Source: Acutalibacteraceae bacterium (lineage in GTDB: Bacteria > Bacillota > Clostridia > Oscillospirales > Acutalibacteraceae). From it: 64,000 nucleotides of DNA. Made by a program: the position numbers and the translations under genes. Under the pieces are notes generated by a model. That model was not told where the DNA came from. It was given only the letters and a program-made list of their open reading frames with translations, and did no database searches. The DNA lies in the NCBI GenBank assembly GCA_045640745.1, contig JAZUFQ010000049.1, positions 724 to 64,723 on the forward strand, in the 5' to 3' direction. This document shows positions 8,526-17,042 of the stretch, one piece after another; within the stretch, counting starts at the first letter, position 1; the number at the start of each line of letters is the position of its first letter.

Positions 8526-8626
8526 AATTTTCACCGTTTCTTTTTAATTTTTTTAAGTTTACTGTTTTAACCTATGCGCTTACGCCATCGAAAATCCAAA
8601 ATAAACATAATTTTTTCTCCTAAAAT

Positions 8627-8880
8627 AAAAAAACTGCCCCATGTAAAACATGGGACAGGAAATTAACACTCCTGCGGTACCACCCAAATTGATGATGTTC
8701 ATCCGCTCTGTACTGTACTAACATACAGTCTGCGCTGTAACGGGCGCCTGCCGGCGGTTGCTACTTGCAAAAAGCTTTCGTCCGCCCTCATAGGTCCATT
8801 CGCCGAATTTCAAGCTACCGCCGTTACACCCTCGGCAGTTCTCTTTAAGCTCTTAAAAAGGTTACTACTCCTAATCAAAG
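8627..8880 (-). promoter_or_regulatory. T-box riboswitch leader, Trp specifier (UGG)
   Basis: On the - strand: a stem I region with AGAGA and a specifier-loop context GCGAA-UGG-A (UGG at 8798-8796). The conserved T-box sequence AAUUUGGGUGGUACCGCAG is at 8690-8672. A terminator CCUGUCCCAUG-UUUUA-CAUGGGGCAG plus a U-run is at 8658-8627. Confidence 0.8.
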
Positions 8881-8897
8881 GTTTGTTTACATTTGAG

Positions 8898-8926
8898 ATG
8901 ATAGCACTTATATTGCTTTTTGTCAA
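8898..8926 (-). promoter_or_regulatory. Sigma-A-type promoter for the T-box-trpB transcript
   Basis: - strand TTGACA, 17 nt, TATCAT, just upstream of the T-box leader. Confidence 0.55.
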
Positions 8927-8950
8927 CACCCAAAATATGTTATCTTTAAT

Positions 8951-9655
8951 TTATTCTTGTTCTTTATCAATCGGTATAAGCTTTTCAAAAACACAAATGT
9001 GCCTTTCTGTAATTCTTTTGTCCTCGTGCAGAGAGCCGAAAAACCACCGCTTAAAATTAAGCGAACGGCAAAGCTCTTCAAAATAGCCGTTAAGCTTGTT
9101 AACTCGGTCAATGTTGCCTTTTTTCAGGAGCATTGCACTTTTTACAAGCGAGGGCGGTTCGTGGGTGATAATGTAATCGACCTTACAGTTTTCTTCGTCA
9201 AGCCGTCTTGCACCGTTTGCCATTTCGGCAGGTGTCGGCTCTTCCTCACGCCACCAAAGACCTTTTTCAACCCTCATATCCTTATCAAGACTTTCGCCTC
9301 CGCCGAATGTGAAAAAGGTATGCCCCTCGATATTAAAAATCTGTCCACGCATAAGGTGGAGAAGATTTCCCGAAATACGGTGCACTTTTCCGCCTTTCCA
9401 AACGGTTACTCTTGAACGGTTTATTTTTTCGAGATTATCGTGCGTGCCCTCAACAAAAGCGGTAACAAACTTTCTTGTTGCAAAATATTTTACGACCTTT
9501 TTTTCAAGGTCGCTTCCGTCAAAAATATATCCGAAATCACCGCAAACAATAAGCGTATCACCCTTTTTAAGCTTGCGGAACTCTTTGTCGTAAAGCCGTT
9601 CGAGGTCGCCGTGCATATCACCCGTAATATAAACCGTAAAAATCACCCGATTCAA
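8951..9655 (-). CDS. Calcineurin-like metallophosphoesterase
   Basis: Motifs ITGDMHGD, VCGDFGY and GTHDN. 234 aa. Apparent TTG start without a clear SD, so the start is uncertain. Confidence 0.7.
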   Translation of the reverse strand: MNRVIFTVYITGDMHGDLERLYDKEFRKLKKGDTLIVCGDFGYIFDGSDLEKKVVKYFATRKFVTAFVEGTHDNLEKINRSRVTVWKGGKVHRISGNLLHLMRGQIFNIEGHTFFTFGGGESLDKDMRVEKGLWWREEEPTPAEMANGARRLDEENCKVDYIITHEPPSLVKSAMLLKKGNIDRVNKLNGYFEELCRSLNFKRWFFGSLHEDKRITERHICVFEKLIPIDKEQE

Positions 9656-9754
9656 ACTAAAAAATAAATTGTTAAGTATATTGTATTTTTATACTTTAAT
9701 TTTGTCAATAGTTATTGTATAATAAACTTAATCAAAAAATGAAAGAGGTAAATT

Positions 9755-11080
9755 ATGTTCAAAAAAACCGTTTGCATAATTATCTGTGTTATTATACTTA
9801 TTATTCCTTTTTCGGTAACGGCTTCGGCTTATGAGCCGACGGGGGTTGACCTTTCGGTAAGCTCTTGTATTTTTGCGTCGCTTGATACGGGGGAGATACT
9901 CTATTCAAAAGAGCCCGACAAAAAAATATACCCTGCCTCAATAACCAAGATTATGACTGTTTTGTTAATGCTTGAAAATAAAAAATTCAATCCAAAAGGC
10001 AAAGTGGCTATGACCGAGGAAGTATTAAAACTTATAAGCGGTACGGGAAGTTCGGTTTCGGGACTTAAAGTCGGTGAGGAAATTACCGAACTTGACCTTG
10101 CTTATCTTGTACTTATGTCATCATACGGTGATTGCGCCTATCTTGCAGCATTCCACTACGCAGGAGGGCTCGAAAAGTTTGTTGCTATGATGAATAAAAG
10201 GGCAAAGGAATTAGGACTTAAAAATACCCATTACCATAACCCGATAGGTCTTCACGACGAAACAAATTACACGACCGCAACCGATACTTTAACTATTACA
10301 AAATACGCTCTGCAAAACCCGATTTTTAAGGAAATTTGCGAATCTACAAGATATACTATGCCTGCTACGAATATGTCAAGGGAAAGGACGGTTTCAACTA
10401 CCAATTTGTTGCAGGACGCAAGTACAAATTACTTTTATGCCTATGCAAAGGGCGTTAAAACGGGGTATACCGACGAGGCGGGCAGATGCCTTGTTTCAAC
10501 CGCCTCATATAACGGATATAACTATATTTGTATTTTGTTCGGCTGTCCTGTTGACCCGAATAAAAGGCACGAATTTGTTTACAGTAAAGAGCTTTATAAA
10601 TGGGCATTCAATAACTTTGTTTATAAAGAGGCGGCAAATGCAAAAAATCCCGTTTGCGAGGTAAAAATAGAACTTTCCCACGATGTTGATACGACACCGC
10701 TTTATCTTGAAAAAGACTATGTAACCGTGCTTCCGAAAAACGCCGATACATCGACCATAATTATTGAGCCACACCCAAACAAAAAGTCTTTTGACGCCCC
10801 AATAAAAAAGGGTACCGTTATGGGAACGGCGGATATAATCTATGCCGAAAGGGTTGTCGGAACGGTAAATCTTATTTCGGGTACAAACATTAAAAGAAGC
10901 AATCTTTTACTGGCTTTCAGAAGTATAAAACGCTTCTTTATTTCAAAATATATGATAGGATTTTATATACTTATCGGCATTGTCGTCATTTTGTTTATCG
11001 CCGCTGTTATTAAGCTTAATAAGGGAAATAAAAATAAAAGAAAAGTAAAATATATACCTTATGACGATAACCGCAAATGA
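9755..11080 (+). CDS. Serine-type D-Ala-D-Ala carboxypeptidase (peptidase S11, PBP5-like) with a C-terminal TM anchor
   Basis: Signal peptide, SITKIM (SxxK) active-site motif, C-terminal PBP5_C-like domain and a hydrophobic anchor. SD agagg. Confidence 0.8.
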   Translation: MFKKTVCIIICVIILIIPFSVTASAYEPTGVDLSVSSCIFASLDTGEILYSKEPDKKIYPASITKIMTVLLMLENKKFNPKGKVAMTEEVLKLISGTGSSVSGLKVGEEITELDLAYLVLMSSYGDCAYLAAFHYAGGLEKFVAMMNKRAKELGLKNTHYHNPIGLHDETNYTTATDTLTITKYALQNPIFKEICESTRYTMPATNMSRERTVSTTNLLQDASTNYFYAYAKGVKTGYTDEAGRCLVSTASYNGYNYICILFGCPVDPNKRHEFVYSKELYKWAFNNFVYKEAANAKNPVCEVKIELSHDVDTTPLYLEKDYVTVLPKNADTSTIIIEPHPNKKSFDAPIKKGTVMGTADIIYAERVVGTVNLISGTNIKRSNLLLAFRSIKRFFISKYMIGFYILIGIVVILFIAAVIKLNKGNKNKRKVKYIPYDDNRK

Positions 11081-11132
11081 CATAATTTGACAATTTTTTC
11101 GTATTGTGCTAAAATAATAAGAGAAAAGGGCA

Positions 11133-11179
11133 TAAAAAACAAGAACCCCGAATTACGCATATAGCGTGTCGAGGTTCTC
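11133..11179 (-). terminator. Distal copy of the duplicated terminator hairpin downstream of tRNA-Thr
   Basis: - strand AGAACCUCGA...UCGGGGUUCU is a 10-bp stem with one G-U, followed by UGUUUUUU. It matches 46 of 47 nt of the copy at 11230-11276. Confidence 0.6.
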
Positions 11180-11229
11180 AAAAAACAACTTTTTCGATAA
11201 TGTTTATAAAAGTGCGAGAAAAAAGACTG

Positions 11230-11276
11230 TAAAAAACAAGAACCCCGAATTGCGCATATAGCGTGTCGAGGTTCTC
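11230..11276 (-). terminator. Proximal terminator hairpin, 4 nt after the tRNA-Thr 3' end
   Basis: Same hairpin plus U-run as the distal copy. It begins 4 nt downstream of the encoded CCA. Confidence 0.7.
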
Positions 11277-11279
11277 GAC

Positions 11280-11355
11280 TGGAGCTGAAGATGGGACTCG
11301 AACCCACGATCTGCTGATTACGAATCAGCTGCTCTACCATCTGAGCCACTTCAGC
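11280..11355 (-). tRNA. tRNA-Thr (anticodon CGU), CCA encoded
   Basis: The reverse complement folds by hand as a cloverleaf: acceptor GCTGAAG/CTTCAGC, D arm GCTC-AGATGGTA-GAGC, anticodon arm GCTGA-TTCGTAA-TCAGC, T arm GTGGG-TTCGAGT-CCCAT, discriminator T, then CCA. Confidence 0.9.
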
Positions 11356-11366
11356 AAGCAATAAAT

Positions 11367-11395
11367 ATTATACATTTTGATTACTTTCAAGTCAA
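11367..11395 (-). promoter_or_regulatory. Sigma-A-type promoter of tRNA-Thr
   Basis: - strand TTGACT, 17 nt, TATAAT, ending about 11 nt upstream of the tRNA 5' end. Confidence 0.6.
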
Positions 11396-11414
11396 GTACA
11401 ATTTGGAGGAAAAT

Positions 11415-11813
11415 ATGGAATTTGATAAGAATTCGGTAAATAAGAGAATTGCCGGATATCGAAAGCTTGCGGGACTGACACAAGAACAGGCGGCAAACTT
11501 CTTAAACTTAAAGCGTAATACCTACGCACGAATGGAAAAATACGGCAACCCCTCTCCCGAGCTTCTTAAACAAATTGCCGAGCTTTATAGGGTTTCGGTT
11601 GCAATGCTTTTGTACGGTGAAGAGGACGCAAAGTCGCTTGTCCACGACGAAGCCGCACCGATTATATTCGAACAGCCGAGCTTTAACGATATTTTACCGC
11701 TTTCGATAACCGAAACAAACGCCATAAGAATTATAAGGACTTTGCCGAATGAGGAAAGCAAAAAAATAATTGATTATATAAACGAAGTATACAAAAATTC
11801 AAAGAAAAAATAA
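11415..11813 (+). CDS. XRE-family helix-turn-helix transcriptional regulator
   Basis: HTH_3 pattern IAGYRKLAGLTQEQAANFLNLKRNTYARMEKYGN...ELLKQIAELYRVSVAMLL. GGAGGA lies 5 nt upstream of ATG 11415. The C-terminal ~60 aa are uncharacterised. Confidence 0.75.
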   Translation: MEFDKNSVNKRIAGYRKLAGLTQEQAANFLNLKRNTYARMEKYGNPSPELLKQIAELYRVSVAMLLYGEEDAKSLVHDEAAPIIFEQPSFNDILPLSITETNAIRIIRTLPNEESKKIIDYINEVYKNSKKK

Positions 11814-11837
11814 ACTCCCGCTTTGGGAGTTTTTTTA
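11814..11837 (+). terminator. Rho-independent terminator after the XRE gene
   Basis: actccc-gcttt-gggagt followed by ttttttt. Confidence 0.75.
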
Positions 11838-11965
11838 TGCTCAAAAACGGTCAAAATTTTTTGTTATTATTTGCTTAAATTTCTTGCTATATAATAAATT
11901 ATATGCTATTATATATCTTGTATAAATATGCCAAATTTGATTTTATGATTTAAGGAGAAATTATT

Positions 11966-13771
11966 TTGTCATTTCCGCTTGAAAATATCAGAAATTTTTG
12001 TATCGTAGCCCATATTGACCACGGAAAATCTACCCTTGCCGATAGACTTCTCGAACTTACCGAGTCGGTAGCATCAAGGGATATGGAGGAGCAAATTCTT
12101 GACAGTATGGACCTTGAACGGGAACGGGGAATAACGATTAAGGCGCACGCCGTTACCCTCTACTATACCGCAAAGAACGGCGAAAAGTATGAGCTTAATT
12201 TAATCGACACTCCGGGACATGTTGACTTTAACTATGAGGTTTCCCGTTCGCTTGCGGCTTGCGAGGGTGCTATACTTGTTGTCGATGCGTCGCAGGGTAT
12301 TGAGGCACAGACACTTGCCAATACCTATTTGGCGGTTGACCACGGTCTTGAAATACTGCCCGTAATAAATAAAATAGACCTGCCGAGCGCCGAGCCCGAC
12401 AGAATTAAAAAAGAAATTGAGGACATAATCGGAATACCTGCCGACGAGGCACCGCTTATTTCGGCTAAAACAGGACTTAATGTTGAAGAAGTGCTTGAAC
12501 TTATCGTAAACGGCGTGCCTTGCCCGAAAGCGGATAGAAATGCACCGCTTAAAGCGCTTGTTTTCGATTCGTATTACGACCCTTATAAGGGCGTTATTGT
12601 ATATTTCAGGGTGGTAAGCGGAAAAATAAAAACCGGCGATAAAATAAAAATGATGGCGACGGGTGCCGAGTTTGATATTGTTGAGCTTGGAAGAAAGAGC
12701 GCAACCGAGCTTGTTCCCACCGATGTTCTTGAAGCCGGCGAGGTAGGTTACTTGGCGGCGTCAATTAAAACTGTTTCTGAGGCGAGAGTCGGCGATACGA
12801 TAACGAGTGCCGAAAACGGCGCCGACGAGGCACTGCCCGGATACAAAAATGTAAAGCCGGTTGTATTTTGCGGTATTTATCCGCAGGACGGCGCAAAATA
12901 TCCCGACCTTCGTGAAGCACTCGAAAAATTACAGCTTAATGATGCATCGCTTCTTTTTGAACCCGAAACATCAAAGGCGTTGGGCTTCGGTTTCAGGTGC
13001 GGTTTTTTGGGACTTCTCCATATGGAGATTATCGAAGAACGGCTTGAAAGGGAATATAATCTTGATATTATTACAACTGCGCCGAGCGTTGTTTATGAAT
13101 TTAAGCTTACAAACGGCGAAACGGTATTTGTCGATAATCCGACGAACTATCCGGAGCCGGCAACAATAGACGAGGCATTAGAGCCGGTTGCAAATGTGCA
13201 TATATATTCACCGAGTGATTTTGTCGGCACGATTATGCAACTTTGCGAGGAACGAAGAGGCACCTATATTGATATGAAATATATGGGCGACCGTGTTGAT
13301 ATACACTACATTATGCCGATGGGCGAAATTGTTTATGACTTTTTTGATGCGTTAAAGTCAAGAACAAAGGGTTATGCAAGCTATGACTATGAAACATCGG
13401 GCTACCAAAAATCTTCTCTTGTTAAGCTTGATGTAATGCTTGCCGGTGATACGGTTGATGCACTTTCGTTTATTGTCCATTCATCAAATTCTTATGCGAG
13501 GGCGAGAAGAATTGCCGAAAAACTAAAAGAGTATATACCGAGACAGCTTTTTGAGGTCCCCGTTCAGGTAGCCGTCGGCGGTAAGATTATCGCAAGAGAA
13601 ACGGTAAAGGCAATGAGAAAAGATGTGCTTGCAAAATGCTACGGCGGAGATATAACAAGAAAGAAAAAGCTTCTTGAAAAGCAAAAAGAGGGCAAAAAGA
13701 AAATGCGCCGTTTAGGCTCGGTCGAAGTGCCGAAAGATGCATTTATGGCAGTCCTTAAACTCGATGAATAG
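11966..13771 (+). CDS. lepA: Elongation factor 4 (LepA)
   Basis: [30 protein letters not shown] and NKIDL GTPase motifs, plus the LepA C-terminal domain. TTG start with AAGGAGA 7 nt upstream. Confidence 0.95.
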   Translation: MSFPLENIRNFCIVAHIDHGKSTLADRLLELTESVASRDMEEQILDSMDLERERGITIKAHAVTLYYTAKNGEKYELNLIDTPGHVDFNYEVSRSLAACEGAILVVDASQGIEAQTLANTYLAVDHGLEILPVINKIDLPSAEPDRIKKEIEDIIGIPADEAPLISAKTGLNVEEVLELIVNGVPCPKADRNAPLKALVFDSYYDPYKGVIVYFRVVSGKIKTGDKIKMMATGAEFDIVELGRKSATELVPTDVLEAGEVGYLAASIKTVSEARVGDTITSAENGADEALPGYKNVKPVVFCGIYPQDGAKYPDLREALEKLQLNDASLLFEPETSKALGFGFRCGFLGLLHMEIIEERLEREYNLDIITTAPSVVYEFKLTNGETVFVDNPTNYPEPATIDEALEPVANVHIYSPSDFVGTIMQLCEERRGTYIDMKYMGDRVDIHYIMPMGEIVYDFFDALKSRTKGYASYDYETSGYQKSSLVKLDVMLAGDTVDALSFIVHSSNSYARARRIAEKLKEYIPRQLFEVPVQVAVGGKIIARETVKAMRKDVLAKCYGGDITRKKKLLEKQKEGKKKMRRLGSVEVPKDAFMAVLKLDE

Positions 13772-13781
13772 GAAGAATTTT

Positions 13782-14636
13782 ATGACAAGACGGGAAAAAG
13801 CAATAAAAAGAAGACGGAAATTTATTATTTCGGTCGTGGCGTGTTTTTTGGTCATAATCGGGCTTATCGTCGGTATTTGTTCTTGCGGCGGTAAGGATAA
13901 GAAGACAAAAGAAACACCGAAAAAGAAAGAAACAACTGCCATTTCAAAACCCGAAAAGAAACAACCGCAAGAAAAGAAAACTGAAGAAGAGCCACCCGAA
14001 CAAATTATTGACAACACAGGCGAAAATCCGTTTTCGTTTGATGCAAACTATAAGAATTTAATACTTGTAAACGCTTCTAATCCTCTTCCCGAAAATTACG
14101 ACAGCAATGTAAGGAAATATCTTGTTGAAATTGACTCTGATTTAAGAAACAACAACTATGTTACAAAAATTCATAAAACGGTTTATCCGTATATTACCGC
14201 TATGGTAAAAGCGGCGCAGGCAGACGGCGTTGACTTAAAAGTTTGGTCGCCGTTTAGAAGTTATGCCGACCAAGATGCGCTTTTCAAAAAGCAGGTGGCA
14301 AGGGCAGGCGGAGACGAAAACAAAGCCGCAACGGTTGTAGCACGGGCGGGAACGAGCGAGCATAATACGGGACTTTGCGCCGACTTTAATATGGCGGACG
14401 ATGCATTCGAGAAAACACCTATGTTCGAGTGGATGTGCAAGAATGCCGAAAACTACGGTTTTATTCTTCGCTACCCAAAGGATAAGCAGGATAAAACGGG
14501 TGTTATTTACGAGTCTTGGCATTGGCGTTTTGTCGGTATAAATACCGCAAAGAAAATAAATAAATCGGGGCTTTGCCTTGAAGAGTATTTAGAAAAGAAC
14601 AAAATAAAACAAGAGATTGATTTAGATAGTTTTTAA
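13782..14636 (+). CDS. VanY/M15B-family D-alanyl-D-alanine carboxypeptidase, membrane anchored with a Lys/Glu-rich linker
   Basis: N-terminal TM segment. SEHNTGLCADF and WHWRFVG zinc-peptidase motifs. ATG 13782 follows AGGAAG; the ORF-track start at 13737 overlaps lepA. Confidence 0.8.
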   Translation: MTRREKAIKRRRKFIISVVACFLVIIGLIVGICSCGGKDKKTKETPKKKETTAISKPEKKQPQEKKTEEEPPEQIIDNTGENPFSFDANYKNLILVNASNPLPENYDSNVRKYLVEIDSDLRNNNYVTKIHKTVYPYITAMVKAAQADGVDLKVWSPFRSYADQDALFKKQVARAGGDENKAATVVARAGTSEHNTGLCADFNMADDAFEKTPMFEWMCKNAENYGFILRYPKDKQDKTGVIYESWHWRFVGINTAKKINKSGLCLEEYLEKNKIKQEIDLDSF

Positions 14637-14646
14637 GGAGCGCATT

Positions 14647-16026
14647 ATGGATTGTAAACAGTTTTTTGATAAATTAAGCGGTAAAAAAATCGCTATGTGC
14701 GGAATAGGAATAAGCAATACACCGCTTATTTTGAGTTTTCTCCAAAAGGGAGCGAGGGTATTTGCCTGCGATAAGCGGACAAGAGAACAAATAGGCGAGC
14801 TTGCCGACCGGCTTGAAAATGCGGGAGCAGAACTTAAACTCGGAGAAGATTATCTTGAAAATTTAGAGGTTGATATAATTTTCAGAACTCCCGGTATGAG
14901 CTTTAATCTTCCCGAACTTGATAAAGCAAGAAAAAGAGGAATTCCCGTTACGAGCGAAATGGAGGTATTTTTCGACCTTTGCCCTGCAACGGTTTTTGCG
15001 ATAACCGGCTCTGACGGTAAAACAACCACCACAACCCTTATTTCAAAAATGCTTGAAGCCGACGGAAAAAGAGTCTTTGTCGGCGGAAATATCGGTAAGC
15101 CGTTACTTCCCGAAATCGAGAACATTACCGCCAATGACTTTGTTGTTGTTGAACTTTCCTCTTTTCAGCTTATTTCAATGCGTAAAAGCCCCGATGTTGC
15201 GGTTGTAACAAATGTTGCGCCTAATCATCTTGATATCCATAAGGATATGGACGAGTATGTTGAAGCAAAGAAGAATGTTCTTCTTCATCAAAATGCTTTC
15301 TCCCGTACCGTGCTTAACAGGGATAACGAAATAACCGAGAGTTTCCGTCAGTATGTAAGAGGTCAGTCGCTCGGTTTCAGTATGGAAAGAGAACTCCATA
15401 ACGGCGCTTGGCTTGATAATAACGGTTTTTTACACATGGCATATAGGGGTATTGATGTACCGATTATCGACCGTAAGGAAATTGCCGTAATCGGCGACCA
15501 TAATGTTCAAAACTACCTTGCCGCAATTACTGCCGTTTGGGGTTATGTTTCTCTTGAATCAATTAAAAAGGTTGCAAGAGAATTTATGGGTGTTGAACAC
15601 CGAATTGAGTTTGTAAGAGAGGTAAACGGCGTTAAATATTATAACGATTCGATTGCCTCTTCTCCGACAAGAACAATAGCCGGACTAAAAGCATTTGAGC
15701 AAAAGGTTATCCTTATTGCCGGCGGATACGATAAGCATATTCCGTTTGACCCGATGATGCCCTATGTTGTCCAAAAGGTAAAAACTCTCTATCTTTGCGG
15801 TGCGACCGCCGATAAAATCGAAAACACTTTAAGAGAATATAAGGGATATAACGGAGAGCCCGAAATAATAAGGGTAAAGGATATTGACGAAGCAGTAGTT
15901 TCGGCAAATAAAACCGCTAAAAAGGGCGATATTGTAACATTAAGCCCTGCGTGTGCCAGCTTTGACGCTTTCCCGAACTTTGTAGCAAGAGGTAATCACT
16001 TTAAGGAGTTAGTAAACAAGCTATGA
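14647..16026 (+). CDS. murD: UDP-N-acetylmuramoyl-L-alanine--D-glutamate ligase
   Basis: N-terminal Rossmann-like domain, ITGSDGKTTTTT P-loop, Mur ligase middle and C domains, 459 aa. Confidence 0.9.
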   Translation: MDCKQFFDKLSGKKIAMCGIGISNTPLILSFLQKGARVFACDKRTREQIGELADRLENAGAELKLGEDYLENLEVDIIFRTPGMSFNLPELDKARKRGIPVTSEMEVFFDLCPATVFAITGSDGKTTTTTLISKMLEADGKRVFVGGNIGKPLLPEIENITANDFVVVELSSFQLISMRKSPDVAVVTNVAPNHLDIHKDMDEYVEAKKNVLLHQNAFSRTVLNRDNEITESFRQYVRGQSLGFSMERELHNGAWLDNNGFLHMAYRGIDVPIIDRKEIAVIGDHNVQNYLAAITAVWGYVSLESIKKVAREFMGVEHRIEFVREVNGVKYYNDSIASSPTRTIAGLKAFEQKVILIAGGYDKHIPFDPMMPYVVQKVKTLYLCGATADKIENTLREYKGYNGEPEIIRVKDIDEAVVSANKTAKKGDIVTLSPACASFDAFPNFVARGNHFKELVNKL

Positions 16027-17042
16027 GTTATCTTGAAAACTGTTTGTTTGAACTTTCGAGCCGTTTTTCCGTTAAGAATATTGACGGCGCTTCAAATTAC
16101 GCATTCAGCGAAATGTCAATATACTGCGAATGCGAAAAAAGCGGTAAAAATTTAAGTTTTTTCGGTAAAATGAAGGGCGAGAGCGATTACACCTTAATGC
16201 TTGACGCACATATTGATGAGGTTGCTTTTATAGTTACGGATATTGACAGCAACGGCTTTTTGACCGTAAGCAACTGCGGTGGGATTGATGTAAGAACTCT
16301 TCTTTCAAAAAAGGTTTTAATTCACGGCAAAGAAAAGATAAACGGCGTTTTTATAAGCACACCGCCCCATTTAGGCGGAAATGCTTTCAAATTTGACGAT
16401 ATTTCGGCAATTAAAATAGACACCTGTTTGGGCGAAAAAGCAAAAGATATTATTTCGCTCGGCGATATCGTTACCTATGATGTATTGCCTCAAAAGCTTC
16501 TTTCAAGCCGTATTACAGGCAAGTCGCTTGACGATAGGGCAGGGGTTGCTGTTTTAATTGAGCTTGCAAGGCGCTTAAAGGATAAAAAACTGCCGATAAC
16601 GGTTGTTTTCTCGGTTGTTGACGGTGAAGAACTCGGTATGCGTGGCGCAATTCCCGCAACCTTTTCGATTTCTCCCGACGAAGCCGTTGCCGTTGATGTT
16701 ACATTCGGTATAGCTCCCGATGTTACCGAAAAGGACGGCGGATATTTGGGTAAGGGCGCTATGATAGGTGTATCTCCCGTTCTTAACAGTGCTGTTACCG
16801 ATAAACTTAATACCATTGCTTTTGATAACAATATTCCGTATCAAAACGAGGTTATGGGCGGAAAAACGGGCACCGACGGCGATGTTATTTCTTCAAGCGG
16901 TAACGGTGTAAAAACGGGACTTGTTTCAATTCCGCTTAGGAATATGCATACCGACTGCGAAATAGTCGATATTGCCGATATAAACTCTGTCTGCGATATT
17001 TTGGAAAAATACATTCTTTCAGGGGGTACAAAAAATGCTTGA
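16023..17042 (+). CDS. M42-family (TET/FrvX-like) metallo-aminopeptidase, copy 1
   Basis: DAHIDEV, LDDRAG, DGEELGMRGA, VDVT and NMHT metal and catalytic motifs. ATGA overlap with murD. Confidence 0.8.
   Translation: MSYLENCLFELSSRFSVKNIDGASNYAFSEMSIYCECEKSGKNLSFFGKMKGESDYTLMLDAHIDEVAFIVTDIDSNGFLTVSNCGGIDVRTLLSKKVLIHGKEKINGVFISTPPHLGGNAFKFDDISAIKIDTCLGEKAKDIISLGDIVTYDVLPQKLLSSRITGKSLDDRAGVAVLIELARRLKDKKLPITVVFSVVDGEELGMRGAIPATFSISPDEAVAVDVTFGIAPDVTEKDGGYLGKGAMIGVSPVLNSAVTDKLNTIAFDNNIPYQNEVMGGKTGTDGDVISSSGNGVKTGLVSIPLRNMHTDCEIVDIADINSVCDILEKYILSGGTKNA

Noticed and set aside
8883-9111. Small ORFs (67 and 62 aa) at the T-box promoter and the 3' end of the metallophosphoesterase gene.
   Set aside because: They overlap a consensus promoter and a motif-supported CDS, and they have no SD or homology signal.
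11059-11361. A 100-aa - strand ORF covering the tRNA-Thr gene and both terminator copies.
   Set aside because: The region is fully explained by a hand-foldable tRNA cloverleaf plus two hairpin/U-run terminators, so the ORF is incidental.
11133-11813. A possible integrated element or att-site duplication at tRNA-Thr (direct repeats plus an XRE regulator).
   Set aside because: The repeats are only 97 bp apart and do not include any tRNA sequence. No integrase, excisionase or phage gene is present. A local tandem duplication of the terminator explains the structure better.
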